A stretch of 64,000 bases of DNA, from assembly GCA_963806225.1 (NCBI GenBank), contig CAWDXG010000004.1, positions 5,152,001 through 5,216,000 of the forward strand, written 5' to 3'. Under the pieces are notes generated by a model. That model was not told the origin of the DNA. It saw nothing but the letters and a program-made list of their open reading frames with translations, and did not search any database. Position numbers and translations under genes: made by a program. Source of the stretch: an uncultured delta proteobacterium. Its GTDB lineage: Bacteria; Myxococcota_A; Polyangia; Polyangiales; Polyangiaceae. This document shows, piece by piece, positions 1 to 11,348 of the stretch. Numbering within the stretch: position 1 is the first letter of the stretch; the number at the start of each line of letters is the position of its first letter.

Positions 1-246
1 GCCGACAACGTGCTGAAAGTCCAGGGAACCCGCAAGGTCAACTCGATGGACGACGGCGTGGTTTCGCCGTTCGACAACGACAACAACAAGAAGAAGGACA
101 AGAAGGACAAGGGCGGCGGCATCCTCAAGGGACCGGTCCCCTGGATTGTCGGCGGTGCCCTGGTGGTTGGCGGCATCGTGGTCGGTGCGGTTCTCGCAAC
201 GCGGTCCTCGAGCCGGGTCACAGTCGGCTCTCCGACCTGGCAGTAG
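1..246 (+). CDS. C-terminal part of a protein with a C-terminal hydrophobic segment (5' end outside window)
   Basis: Frame open from base 1 to TAG at 246; ends PWIVGGALVVGGIVVGAVLAT. Confidence 0.6.
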   Translation, partial: ADNVLKVQGTRKVNSMDDGVVSPFDNDNNKKKDKKDKGGGILKGPVPWIVGGALVVGGIVVGAVLATRSSSRVTVGSPTWQ

Positions 247-258
247 CAGCAGTCATAG

Positions 259-2783
259 ATGGCAAACGGTCCTGCACATGGCGGCCATCCGCCGCCGCGC
301 CCCAGCAAGCTGACGGGGTCCTCCCCGAGCGAGCGGGAGCGCCGCATGAAGGAGGGGAGCGAGCCTTCCCTGCCCGGAGGCGGGACCTACTTTCTCGGTC
401 GCTACCGCATCGTCGACGAGATCGGTGTGGGCGGGATGGCCAGCGTGCACCTCGCGCGCGCCGACGGGCCGGGCGGCTTCCAGAAGTGGGTGGCGATCAA
501 GCGCATCCATCGCCACCTCGCCGAGGACGAGACGTTCATCCGCATGTTCCTGGACGAGGCGCGCATCGCGGCGCGCATCTCGCACCCGAACGTGGCGCAG
601 GTGTTCGACCTGGGCAAGCACAAGGACACCTACTGGATCGCCATGGAGTACCTGCATGGCGAGCCACTGCGCGAGGTGGTGCGGGCCGTGGAAGAGGGCG
701 GCGCGCCGCTGATGACGCCGCAGCTCGCTACCAAGATCATAGCCGATTCCGCCGAGGGCCTGCACGCCGCCCACGAGCTCCGTGACAAGAACGGCAAGCT
801 GCTGAACCTCGTGCATCGCGATGTGACGCCGCACAACCTGTTCTTGACCTACGACGGCGCGGTCAAGGTCGTGGACTTCGGTATCGCGAAGGTCACCGGG
901 CGGCTCTCGAACACGCGTGCGGGGACGCTCAAGGGCAAGCTCGCCTACATGAGCCCCGAGCAGGTCCGCGGCGCCCAGGTGGATCGCCGCACGGACATCT
1001 TCGCGCTGGGCGTCGTGCTCTGGGAGCTGACCACCGGACGCCGTCTGTTCCGGATGGAAAGCGATCTCGAGACGTTGGAACGCGTCCAGGCTTGCGTGGT
1101 GCCGCCGCCGTCGACCGTGGTCGAGAACTACCCGGTCGAGCTCGAAGCGATCGTGATGCGTGCGCTCGCCAAGGATCTGAACCGGCGCTTCGCGACCGCA
1201 CGCGAGCTGTCGCGCGCGCTGCAGCAGTACCTCATGAAGAGCGGCTCGTTCATGGGGTCCGACGAGATCGGAAGCTACGTCAAGCACGTGCTGTCGGAAC
1301 GCTTCGAGAAGCGCGAGGCGCACCTGCAATGGGCGGCCGAGGTCACGCAGACCATCTCGCTCGAGCAGCTCGACGGCGGTCCGCGCGAGCTCGAGGAGGT
1401 GAGCATCCTCACCTACGCGCTCGGACGTGCAGGAGGTGCCGAAGCGCACCGGGCCGCGCCCCGCCGTCGCTGGGGTATCGGCTCCGCGGCCCGCTGCAGG
1501 TCGGCCGAGGAGCGCGACGCCGCCGCCGCCGTCGCAGTCGCGGAACGCGCAGCCCCACGGAGCACCGCCGCGTCCCGCCGCCGGCAACGCGCCGCCCCGA
1601 CCGGCCGCCGGCCAGGGGCTGCCCAGCTACGATCTCAGATTCGGCCAGCGGGACGGACTCCGGCCTGCTCGAGCCGATCGAAGAGGATGACGAACTGGCC
1701 CGGACTACGGTTGCGAGTCCGGTGGTCAAGAGTCGTGGTTCCTCGCGGCGCCAGCCGACCGCGCTGGGGTTGGGGCCGCAAGCCGAGAAGTCGGGGGCGG
1801 GATCGCCGCTTCCGAGCTATGAGATCACTTCGAGCGAATCCGGCGCTCCAGCTGCCATGCACGACTACGGTGAAGAAGACGACGACGCGGTCACCCGCGT
1901 CATGGCAAGTCCAATGGATGAGCCCGACGCCGGGGCCATCAGCGCGGTGCATGCCCCTGCGAAGAGCGTGCAACCCGCGCCCCAACCTCGTGAGAACATC
2001 GTGGTCTCACCCTCGGCGATGTCGCACGACATGCCCCAGTACTCGCCGGCGCCTCCGCACGTCGGCATGCAACAGGGGATGCAGCCCGGCATGCAGATGC
2101 AGCCCGGGATGTATCCGATGCAGTCCGGCATGCAGTCCATGCCGCCCAGCATGGGCTACGGGCCGCAGCAGTCGCCCCAGCAGCCGCAGCAACAGTCGTC
2201 CCGCGGCGTCCTGATCGCGCTGATCGCGGCAGCCACGACTCTCATCGCGCTGGCGCTGATGGCTCTGGTGGTCCTCAAGGTCACCGAGGCGCCGGCTCCT
2301 GCCGCTGGCGGCACCGCGCCGAATCCCACCGCGCAGAATGCAGCCCAGCCCGCAAATCCGACTGCCCCGGTGCCGGCTCCGACTACCGGGCCCTCCACTG
2401 CCGCTGCCCAGCCCAAGCCCACGGTCGCGAAGCAGCCGGAGCCGCAACCCGAGAAGGCCATCGACCCGTCCTCGCTGCCGACCGAACCGAAGAAGACGAC
2501 CACCAGTCACAGCTACGCGGCGCACCCCGCGCCCACCCACAAGTCGACGACCTCGTCCGGTGGCTCGGGCGCGCCCGGCTATCTGACGGTGGTGTGCGAC
2601 CCCGCCTGCGACTCCGTGGTCGCCGCAGGGCACAGCCTCGGGCCATCTCCGGTCGTCCGGGCATCGCTCAAGCCCGGCACCCATGCCGTGCTTCTCCGGC
2701 GTTCCGGCTCTCCCAGCCAGTCGATCAGTGTGACGATCGTCTCTGGCCAGACGACGGCCCGCCGAGTCAAGATGGGCTCATGA
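259..2783 (+). CDS. Membrane-anchored Hanks-type Ser/Thr protein kinase (frameshifts near 1420 and 1620)
   Basis: IGVGGMA, VAIK, HRDVTPHN, DFGIAK and YMSPEQ motifs in ORF 259-2214. Pro-rich linker, TM helix and PEGA-like C-terminus continue in ORFs 1427-1690 and 1092-2783. Confidence 0.85.
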
Positions 2784-4576
2784 GAAGAACGGGGGCCGTT
2801 GTCGCCCTGCTTGTTGCCGGAGCAGCTCTGCCTGTTTCGTGCGCTAAGAAGCCTGCCGTCTCGCTTGTCCTGCTCGACCCCTGCGCCCCGGACAATTCGT
2901 TCAAGGAGGCCGCCAACTACACCGAGATCACGGTGTTCAAGAAGGGGTGCCCTTCCGACGCCGATCTGGCTGCGGGCCTCACGCTGGGGAACACGGACTA
3001 CCCGCCGGCATTCGACGGGGTCGCCCCCAAGGGAGAGGCGTTGCCTGGCGTCGGGGATCTCGACAAGGGCAAGTACGGTTTTGCGGCGATCCTGCGGGAT
3101 GCCAACTGTGGGGTGATCGGCTTTGGGTGCACCGAAGCCGATCTCAAGAGTATCCGCGAGGTGCGCATCGCCGTCCGCGCCTGGACGCAGCCCGACCAGA
3201 ACAAGCTCTGCGAGCCGCTCAAGGGAAACGGCTGCGCGGCGGGGCGAATCTGCGACAACGGCAGCTGCATCGCGCCGACCGACGGGGGCAGCGAAGGTTC
3301 CGGTCAGGGCTGTGATCTGACAGTGAAGGCGGCCGGCGAGCTGCCGCCCCTGTCCGCCACCGACGGCGGCAGCGTGCAGCTTTCCGGCCCCGTCGTCGCG
3401 GCGAGCTCGGCGGGCTTCGTGATTGGCTACAGGACGCAGATCAACGGCCAGCTCTATGCGAACTCCGCGCTCTTGACCACGAGCGGCACCATCAACCGGG
3501 GAACGCCGTTGCCGCTCGCCGCGTGCCCGGGCAAGTCCCCGGCCGACGGTGTCGGGCTCGCCTTCTCGGGCGCCAACGGCCTGATGGCTCTGGCTCTGCC
3601 GGACTGCGACACGAAGGGCGCTGGCGCCTACTTCATGTCCGTGGATCCGAATGGAAAGCTCGGCGCACTGAAGCTCGCCCGTTCGGCGGGGCAGTTCCTC
3701 GATCTGACCTTGGCGCGCACGCATTCGCTCAGCGGTACCGGGACGCCCGACCTGTACGATTTCATGTATCGCGCGACCTTCCCGCCCGTGGGCAGCCCGC
3801 CGCAGATGCAGCTGGCGCCTCTGCAGGGGAACAGCTTCGCGGGCAGCATCTCCTCGAAGTTCGGCGCCGAGGCGGCGCTCTTCGGCTTGGTGGCCAGCAC
3901 CCCGCAGATCCAGGCTCTGCTCGGCCAGGTGCCCTCGAAGGCTTCCGTGGAGCTCGATCTGCAGCCGCCCGGTGCCGGGTCGGGCGATGCCGGCAGCGCC
4001 AAGCACGTGTTCCTCCTGCCCCTGTCGGACTGGGGCGCGATCACGGCGTGGGGTGATCGCGCCGCGGCGATCGTACCGGGGGCTGGCAGCGGGTTGACGC
4101 TCCAGGCAGCGACGGTCACCGGTGCCGACCTCGGACAGGTCTCGCTCCAGGGCGACCAGTACTCCAGCGGCGACATCGTGAACGTTGGAGACCACCTCAT
4201 CGTGGTGGGCTCCCAGGCGCAGCAACTCACGGTTTTCCGCATCGACGGGGCACTTGGTGGGGCGTCTGCGCCGCCCGATGCCGGGTCGCCGCCGCAGGAT
4301 GCTTCGACTTCCTCCGAGGCGGGGCCGTCCGAGGCAGGGGCGTCCGACGCAGGGCCGCCGCCGCAGCCGGACGCGGGCTCGGGAGCGCTCGCGATGGCGT
4401 CCAAAGCGACGATCAACCTCAACCAGCTGTCGCTGCCCGATGGCGGCGCTTCATTCGATGGGCACCAGGTCTCGATCGCGGCAACGGGTGGCGAGGTGGC
4501 CATCGTCTGGCGCTCCAAGCTGAACCCCCCGCCGGGCGCGCCTGGGGGCTGGGTGCTGCTCAAGTGCAGTCAGTGA
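2780..4576 (+). CDS. Putative lipoprotein, Cys-containing, function unknown
   Basis: ATGA overlap with kinase stop; signal peptide ending LPVSC; long open frame with DAG-type linker. Confidence 0.7.
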   Translation: MRRTGAVVALLVAGAALPVSCAKKPAVSLVLLDPCAPDNSFKEAANYTEITVFKKGCPSDADLAAGLTLGNTDYPPAFDGVAPKGEALPGVGDLDKGKYGFAAILRDANCGVIGFGCTEADLKSIREVRIAVRAWTQPDQNKLCEPLKGNGCAAGRICDNGSCIAPTDGGSEGSGQGCDLTVKAAGELPPLSATDGGSVQLSGPVVAASSAGFVIGYRTQINGQLYANSALLTTSGTINRGTPLPLAACPGKSPADGVGLAFSGANGLMALALPDCDTKGAGAYFMSVDPNGKLGALKLARSAGQFLDLTLARTHSLSGTGTPDLYDFMYRATFPPVGSPPQMQLAPLQGNSFAGSISSKFGAEAALFGLVASTPQIQALLGQVPSKASVELDLQPPGAGSGDAGSAKHVFLLPLSDWGAITAWGDRAAAIVPGAGSGLTLQAATVTGADLGQVSLQGDQYSSGDIVNVGDHLIVVGSQAQQLTVFRIDGALGGASAPPDAGSPPQDASTSSEAGPSEAGASDAGPPPQPDAGSGALAMASKATINLNQLSLPDGGASFDGHQVSIAATGGEVAIVWRSKLNPPPGAPGGWVLLKCSQ

Positions 4577-4606
4577 GAACGCGCTCCGCATGAACCGGCC
4601 CTGCGG

Positions 4607-5539
4607 ATGCCGCGTTCCCATCCACCCACATTGTTGAAGTTGGCGGAGCGCACGCTGCGCGAGGAGTGCGGGCTCCAGCGCGGCGACCGGATCCTGGTGG
4701 CGGTTTCGGGTGGCCCGGACTCCATGGCGCTCCTGCACGTCCTCTCCCGTCTGGCTCCGCGCCTAGGGATCGAGCTGGTCGCCCACGGAGTCGATCACGG
4801 GCTGCGCCCCGAGGCCGGAGCCGAGCTCGACCTGGCGGAGCGATGGGCCCGGGCCGCGAACCTCCGCTTTGATCGGACGCGCGTGCGGGTCGAAGCCGGC
4901 GGAAACCTGCAGGCCCGGGCGCGCCGGGCCCGCTTCGACGCGCTGGAGCGCGCGGCGAGAGCCGCCGGGGGCGCGCTGATCGCCACGGCGCACCACGCCG
5001 ATGACCGGGCCGAGACGGTGATGATGCGCCTGCTGCGAGGCAGCGGCCCCCGCGGGCTCGCGGTGCTGCCTCCGCGCAGCGGCTCGCTGATCCGCCCGAT
5101 CATCCGGGCGCGGAGGGCCGACATCCTCGCGCATCTGGCCCGCCATCGGATCGAGCACGCCCTCGATCCCTCGAACCAGGATCGGCGCTATCTCCGCGTG
5201 CGCGTCCGGCTGGAACTGATGCCGATGCTCGAAGCGCTCTCGCCGCGCATCGTGTGGCACCTCACCGCGCTGGCGGACCAGATCGGCGACGAGGGGCCGC
5301 CGCTCGTCCTGGACGAGGCCGGCGAGCCGCTCCCGATGAGCCGGGCCCACGTCGACCAGCTGCGCCGCGCGCAGCGGCTGGGCCTGGTCGGGGCGCGCGT
5401 CCGGCTCCCGGGGGGCAGGGAGCTCCGGATCGATCCGCGGACGCGGGAACCGGTGCTCGGCGGGCCCCGGCGCTCCGGCCGCGGCCCCCGGAAAGACGGG
5501 AGAACGGGGGGGGATGGCGAAAGCCCCGGAGGTGGTTAA
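4607..5539 (+). CDS. tilS: tRNA(Ile)-lysidine synthetase
   Basis: VAVSGGPDSMAL PP-loop, VDHGLR and TAHHADDRAET motifs; conserved position upstream of ftsH. Confidence 0.93.
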   Translation: MPRSHPPTLLKLAERTLREECGLQRGDRILVAVSGGPDSMALLHVLSRLAPRLGIELVAHGVDHGLRPEAGAELDLAERWARAANLRFDRTRVRVEAGGNLQARARRARFDALERAARAAGGALIATAHHADDRAETVMMRLLRGSGPRGLAVLPPRSGSLIRPIIRARRADILAHLARHRIEHALDPSNQDRRYLRVRVRLELMPMLEALSPRIVWHLTALADQIGDEGPPLVLDEAGEPLPMSRAHVDQLRRAQRLGLVGARVRLPGGRELRIDPRTREPVLGGPRRSGRGPRKDGRTGGDGESPGGG

Positions 5540-5581
5540 GCCTTGGAAGCACGCCGGGATCCGCACCGTGCCTCCTACGGA

Positions 5582-5610
5582 TTGACGGACCCTGGTTCCG
5601 GTGGCATGAT
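5582..5610 (+). promoter_or_regulatory. Putative sigma70-type promoter for ftsH
   Basis: TTGACG-N17-CATGAT with a TG extended -10 element, about 60 bp upstream of the ftsH start. Confidence 0.5.
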
Positions 5611-5671
5611 TCGATACTGCGTCTCGCGGCCGGGCACTACCGGCCCGTCCGTTCCATTCCGAGGTTCATAA

Positions 5672-7612
<1,941 letters not shown>

Positions 7613-7659
7613 TCTGCGTGACAGAGGGGGCTGCCCCGCGCGGTGAGCGGTGCGGGGCG

Positions 7660-7790
7660 GCGGCGCCGTGCTCGCTTGGCTGCGCGCGGCGCCGGGCCCA
7701 CCAAGGCCGGTCGCTACGCGCCCGGCCGGGGGCCCCAAGGCGAGGGCGTGGGCGTGGCTCGCGTCGGCTTCGCCTCGCGCGCGTGAGTGC
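7660..7790. repeat. Cluster of REP-like GC-rich hairpins
   Basis: Three GCGNAGC motifs on the minus strand (7679-85, 7713-19, 7767-73). Hairpin GGCCGGTCGC-TAC-GCGCCCGGCC at 7705-7727. The 7669-7691 segment is near-identical, in reverse complement, to 59959-59982. Confidence 0.5.
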
Positions 7791-7858
7791 GAGGGCGGCC
7801 GCTCGTGGCTTCTTGAGCGTGCCGCCGTGCTCGGAGCTGTCCAGGCCGGGGCCGTCCG

Positions 7859-8077
7859 TCGCTTGAGCTGGTTCGTTCGCTTCGGCCGCTCTTGCGGCAG
7901 TTGGAGCGGCACGATCCAGATCTGGCGCGGCAGTGTCGGCGGGCGCTCACGAGCGCGCCGCTCAATACGGCGGAGGGGTCGTACAGTCGGGGAAAGAACC
8001 GCGCAGTGCGCTACCACACGGCGCTCGGGTCGCTGCGCGAGGTGCAGGCGTGTTTCGAGGTTGCGGAAGCGCTCGGG
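7859..8077 (+). pseudogene. Four-helix-bundle (23S-IVS-protein/Avd-like) gene fragment, truncated at both ends
   Basis: [41 protein letters not shown]...[19 protein letters not shown] matches the family pattern Q.RRA..S..LN.AEG; no clear native start, and the last helix is missing. Confidence 0.75.
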
Positions 8078-8137
8078 TCTGAGCAGCCACGGGCCGGTGG
8101 GCCTCGACCCCGGAAACCTTCCCGCCTTCCCGCCTTC

Positions 8138-9201
8138 CACATCCCGAAAGGCAACGGGCAGACCCGGCCGCTGGGCATCCCAACCTTCGAGGACAAGGTG
8201 CTCCAGCGGGCGGTAGCCATGCTTCTAGAAACCGTGTACGAGCAGGACTTTCTGGACCGTATGGGTTTCGACCAGGGCGGAGTGCCCACCAAGCCCTGGG
8301 CAAGCTACGCGACACTCTGATGGAAATGCGCGACGGATGGGTGCTGGAAGTCGATATACGTACGTATTTCGACTCCATCGACCGCAAACAGCTGTGCGAG
8401 GTGCTTCGTCAACGGATAGGGGACGGTGTCGTGCTGCGTCTCATTGGCAAGTGGCTCAACGCGGGCGTGATGGAGCGCGGGGAGATCAGATACCCCGAAG
8501 CTGGCACGCCGCAGGGTGGGGTTATCTCGCCGATGTTGGCGAACATCTTCCTGCATACGGTGCTGGACGTGTGGTTTGAAAGCCAGGTGAAGCCAGTGCT
8601 GCGTGGACGCGCAGTGCTGGTGCGCTTTGCTGACGACTTCGTCATAGCATTCGAGCGGGAGGATGATGCACGACGTGTGCATGAAGTGCTGCCGAAGCGA
8701 TTCGCGAAGCACAGGCTGGAACTACACCCAGACAAGACGCGCCTCCTGCCTTTCAAGCGGCCGCTGCTCTCGAAAGAGGACGACGGTACGTCAAAGGAGG
8801 TGGGCTCAGACACGTTCGACCTGCTTGGCTTCACGCTCTACTGGGCGCGGTCCAAGCGAGGCCACTGGGTCATCCAGCTCAAGACGTTGCGGAGTCGCTT
8901 CACTCGCACATTGCACAGGCTGAACGAGTGGTGCCGCCGGAACCGACACTTGCCGGTGCGCATCCAGTGGGTCCGGATTTGCCGTTCCCTGAAGGGGCAC
9001 TTTGCCTACTTCGGGGTGATGGGAAACGAGGGCCGACTGGTTGCGCTGCGTCACGAGGTGTATCGCCTCTGGCGCGGCTGGCTGCACCGTCGCTCGCAAC
9101 GCGCCCGCGTAACGTGGGAGAAAATGCGCCGGCTTGCGGAGCACTACCCGCTCCCTCGTCTGCCCGAACCTCGCGACCTACGCGCCCTGGCGAAACCGTG
9201 A
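8138..9201 (+). pseudogene. ltrA: Group II intron reverse transcriptase/maturase, 5'-truncated, frameshift near 8258, no endonuclease domain
   Basis: [29 protein letters not shown] (after the shift), EVDIRTYFDSI, GTPQGGVISPMLANIFLH, RFADD, LHPDKTR and FDLLGF motifs, then an X domain; codon usage less GC-biased than flanking genes. Confidence 0.9.
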
Positions 9202-9207
9202 TCCGAA

Positions 9208-9279
9208 GAGCCGGATGCGCAAATCGCGCCCGTCCGGATCTGTGGGGGGCCCGGGCGGCAACGCCCGGGCCTACCCGAC
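9208..9279 (+). ncRNA. Group II intron ribozyme domains V and VI
   Basis: GAGCCGGATGCG...CGTCCGGATC (AGC triad), then GGGGCCCGGGCG-GCAA-CGCCCGGGCCT-A-CCC with bulged branch A and terminal AC. Confidence 0.88.
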
Positions 9280-9309
9280 TTGATCCCCGCGTCCAGGGGC
9301 TGCGTCGCG

Positions 9310-11292
9310 CTACTCGGGGTCGCAGGGCCCTTGGCAGGTGTTCTCGATCAGGCCGCCGGGCTTGAAGAAGCGGTTGATCTGCTCCTCGCCCGCCGGCTGG
9401 ATGCGGACGCCTTCGTGGACGGGGTTCGACATGGCGCTGCTCTCGGCCTTGATGCCAGGCAGCGGGTCGACGCCGAAATCGAACTCGACGATGGCCGAGC
9501 CGTCGACGGGCGCCTTCGCGTCGGGCACGCCGACGATGGGCTCGGGCGCGGGCACCAGGTGTTCCAGTCCGAGCTCGCGCGCGTACAGGTGCGACGCGAT
9601 GTTCGGAACTGCCGCGTCGCCGACGCCGACCTGAAGGAGCACCCGGCGCTCCGCCGGCGAGTCGGGCAGCGGATGTTCCAGCACGTCGGGCGCCCAGGTG
9701 ACCGGATCGATGCGATCGAAGGTGGTCTGCGACAGAAGAGCCAGCTTCTGCTGGGACAGCGGGTCGCTGATCACCGTGCTGATGACGAACAGGAAGGCAT
9801 TGAAGGGCTGCGCCCGGAACATCATCAGTGACAGATCCGCCCCGCCGACGCCCAGCGTGCCGCGCTCCGCATTCGGAGCCAGGGCCAGGTACGTGCCGCC
9901 CAGGATGCCGCCGAGGCTGATGCCGTAGAAGTACAGATGCGCCGGGTCGTAGGCGGGCGCGCCGTTGACGGCGAGCTGGGGCAGCGAAGCGAGCGGCCCC
10001 TTGGCGGCGTAGGAAAGGGCGATGAAGTTCGCCATGCCCTGGTGCACCCGGTCGGTGAAGGCGGCCGTGTTGCCCGGGTGCTGCTGTATCGTATCGATCA
10101 CGACGCCCCTGTCGGGCTTGCTCATCCCCCACCAGTCTGCCGCCACCACGACGAACTTGTATTGGTTCGCGAACTTGTAGACGAAGTGATTTTCCGCCTC
10201 GTGGCGATCGCCGAAGAATCCGTGCCCGAACTGCAGCAGGCGCGCCGGAGGGTCGCCGGGCGCGGCATTCGCGACGCTCTCGGGGATGATCACCGTGAAC
10301 GGCACGTCCGCCTCGCCCTTGGCAGTCACCTTGCCGTTCTTGTCGTAGTTCAGCTGCGCTCCCGGGTCGGGCGAGTCGACGTACAGCGGCACCTTCATGC
10401 TGGCCTCGATCACCCGGTATGTGTCCGCGTTGACGTTGTTCTTGACGCTCTTGACGGTGATGGCTGGCGGCGCCTGCTTCATGCGCGTGACGAGGTCGCT
10501 TCGCACGGCCAGCATGTCGCGGGTGACGCTCTCGTTGGACTCGGTGGTGAAGTCCCAGGCGAGCTGCAGCTTGTTGCGATCCACGCCGGCCTTTTCCAGC
10601 ACCGGGAAGATGTCCTTTTCGTAGTGGTCGGCGATGGGCGCGAGCACCTTGTTGTCCTCGGCGACGCCGTCGCGGATGCGGCGGAAGCCTTCGGGCGGCT
10701 TGACGGCCCTGCCGCTCTTGTCGACGAGCCGGGAGATCGCGACGATGTAGCGGGTCTGATCCTTCAGCCGGACCAGCGGGCGGATCAGCATCGCGCGTTC
10801 CGCGTCGTCGCTTGCACGCGGGTCGAGCTCGGCCATGTGGAGCACGCGCTCGCCGGTGTCCGCTTCGATGAGGGCCGTGGGGCTGTCCGCCGTCAGCGAC
10901 TTCGACAGGTCGCCGGTCCAGGTGACGAGATTCGAGTCGTCCACGCCGCCGGGAAACAGCGCCATGATCTGCGTCCCGTGCGAAAAACCATCGGCGGGAT
11001 GCTGTGCCAGGAGGTCGACCGGGTCTCCCTTGTCGGTGCGGAACAGCGCGGGGTCATCGATCTCGACGCGGTGCCCGCTCGGCATCGACGGATCGTCGAC
11101 CAGGAAGAAGTCGGACGGGAACGGCAGCAGGCAGTCCCAGCTCGCGTCGAGCGGATTGCAGCCCGGCGGAGTCTCGAGCTTCGGCGAGCTCGCGTCCGGA
11201 GACGAGCCGCAGCCGAGCGGCAGCGCGAAGAGCAGGACGGTCAGGAGCAGGCGGCGGACCGGCCACGGCCGGCGCGAAGGGGCGCGTTCCAT
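9310..11292 (-). CDS. Lipoprotein with C-terminal alpha/beta-hydrolase-like (lipase-like) domain
   Basis: Lipobox LPLGC; LQFGHG and YGISLGG nucleophile elbow. Confidence 0.7.
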   Translation of the reverse strand: MERAPSRRPWPVRRLLLTVLLFALPLGCGSSPDASSPKLETPPGCNPLDASWDCLLPFPSDFFLVDDPSMPSGHRVEIDDPALFRTDKGDPVDLLAQHPADGFSHGTQIMALFPGGVDDSNLVTWTGDLSKSLTADSPTALIEADTGERVLHMAELDPRASDDAERAMLIRPLVRLKDQTRYIVAISRLVDKSGRAVKPPEGFRRIRDGVAEDNKVLAPIADHYEKDIFPVLEKAGVDRNKLQLAWDFTTESNESVTRDMLAVRSDLVTRMKQAPPAITVKSVKNNVNADTYRVIEASMKVPLYVDSPDPGAQLNYDKNGKVTAKGEADVPFTVIIPESVANAAPGDPPARLLQFGHGFFGDRHEAENHFVYKFANQYKFVVVAADWWGMSKPDRGVVIDTIQQHPGNTAAFTDRVHQGMANFIALSYAAKGPLASLPQLAVNGAPAYDPAHLYFYGISLGGILGGTYLALAPNAERGTLGVGGADLSLMMFRAQPFNAFLFVISTVISDPLSQQKLALLSQTTFDRIDPVTWAPDVLEHPLPDSPAERRVLLQVGVGDAAVPNIASHLYARELGLEHLVPAPEPIVGVPDAKAPVDGSAIVEFDFGVDPLPGIKAESSAMSNPVHEGVRIQPAGEEQINRFFKPGGLIENTCQGPCDPE

Positions 11293-11348
11293 CACGCGCC
11301 CATCTTCGGCCCTCGTGCCGTTCGCGCGCAAGCGCGGGCGGACGCCGT

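Larger units (their letters stand above)
8138..9279 (+). mobile_element. Group II intron remnant (RT ORF plus ribozyme domains V-VI; 5' domains not seen)
   Basis: RT ORF is followed directly by DV and DVI ending ...CCTACCCGAC. Confidence 0.85.

Noticed and set aside
2060..2200. Met/Gln/Pro-rich repeat (GMQPGMQ...) in the kinase
   Set aside because: Ordinary low-complexity juxtamembrane linker, common in myxobacterial kinases.
7859..9279. Diversity-generating retroelement (Avd-like gene plus RT)
   Set aside because: The RT has group II intron motifs and is followed by DV/DVI. I saw no template/variable repeat pair differing at adenines.
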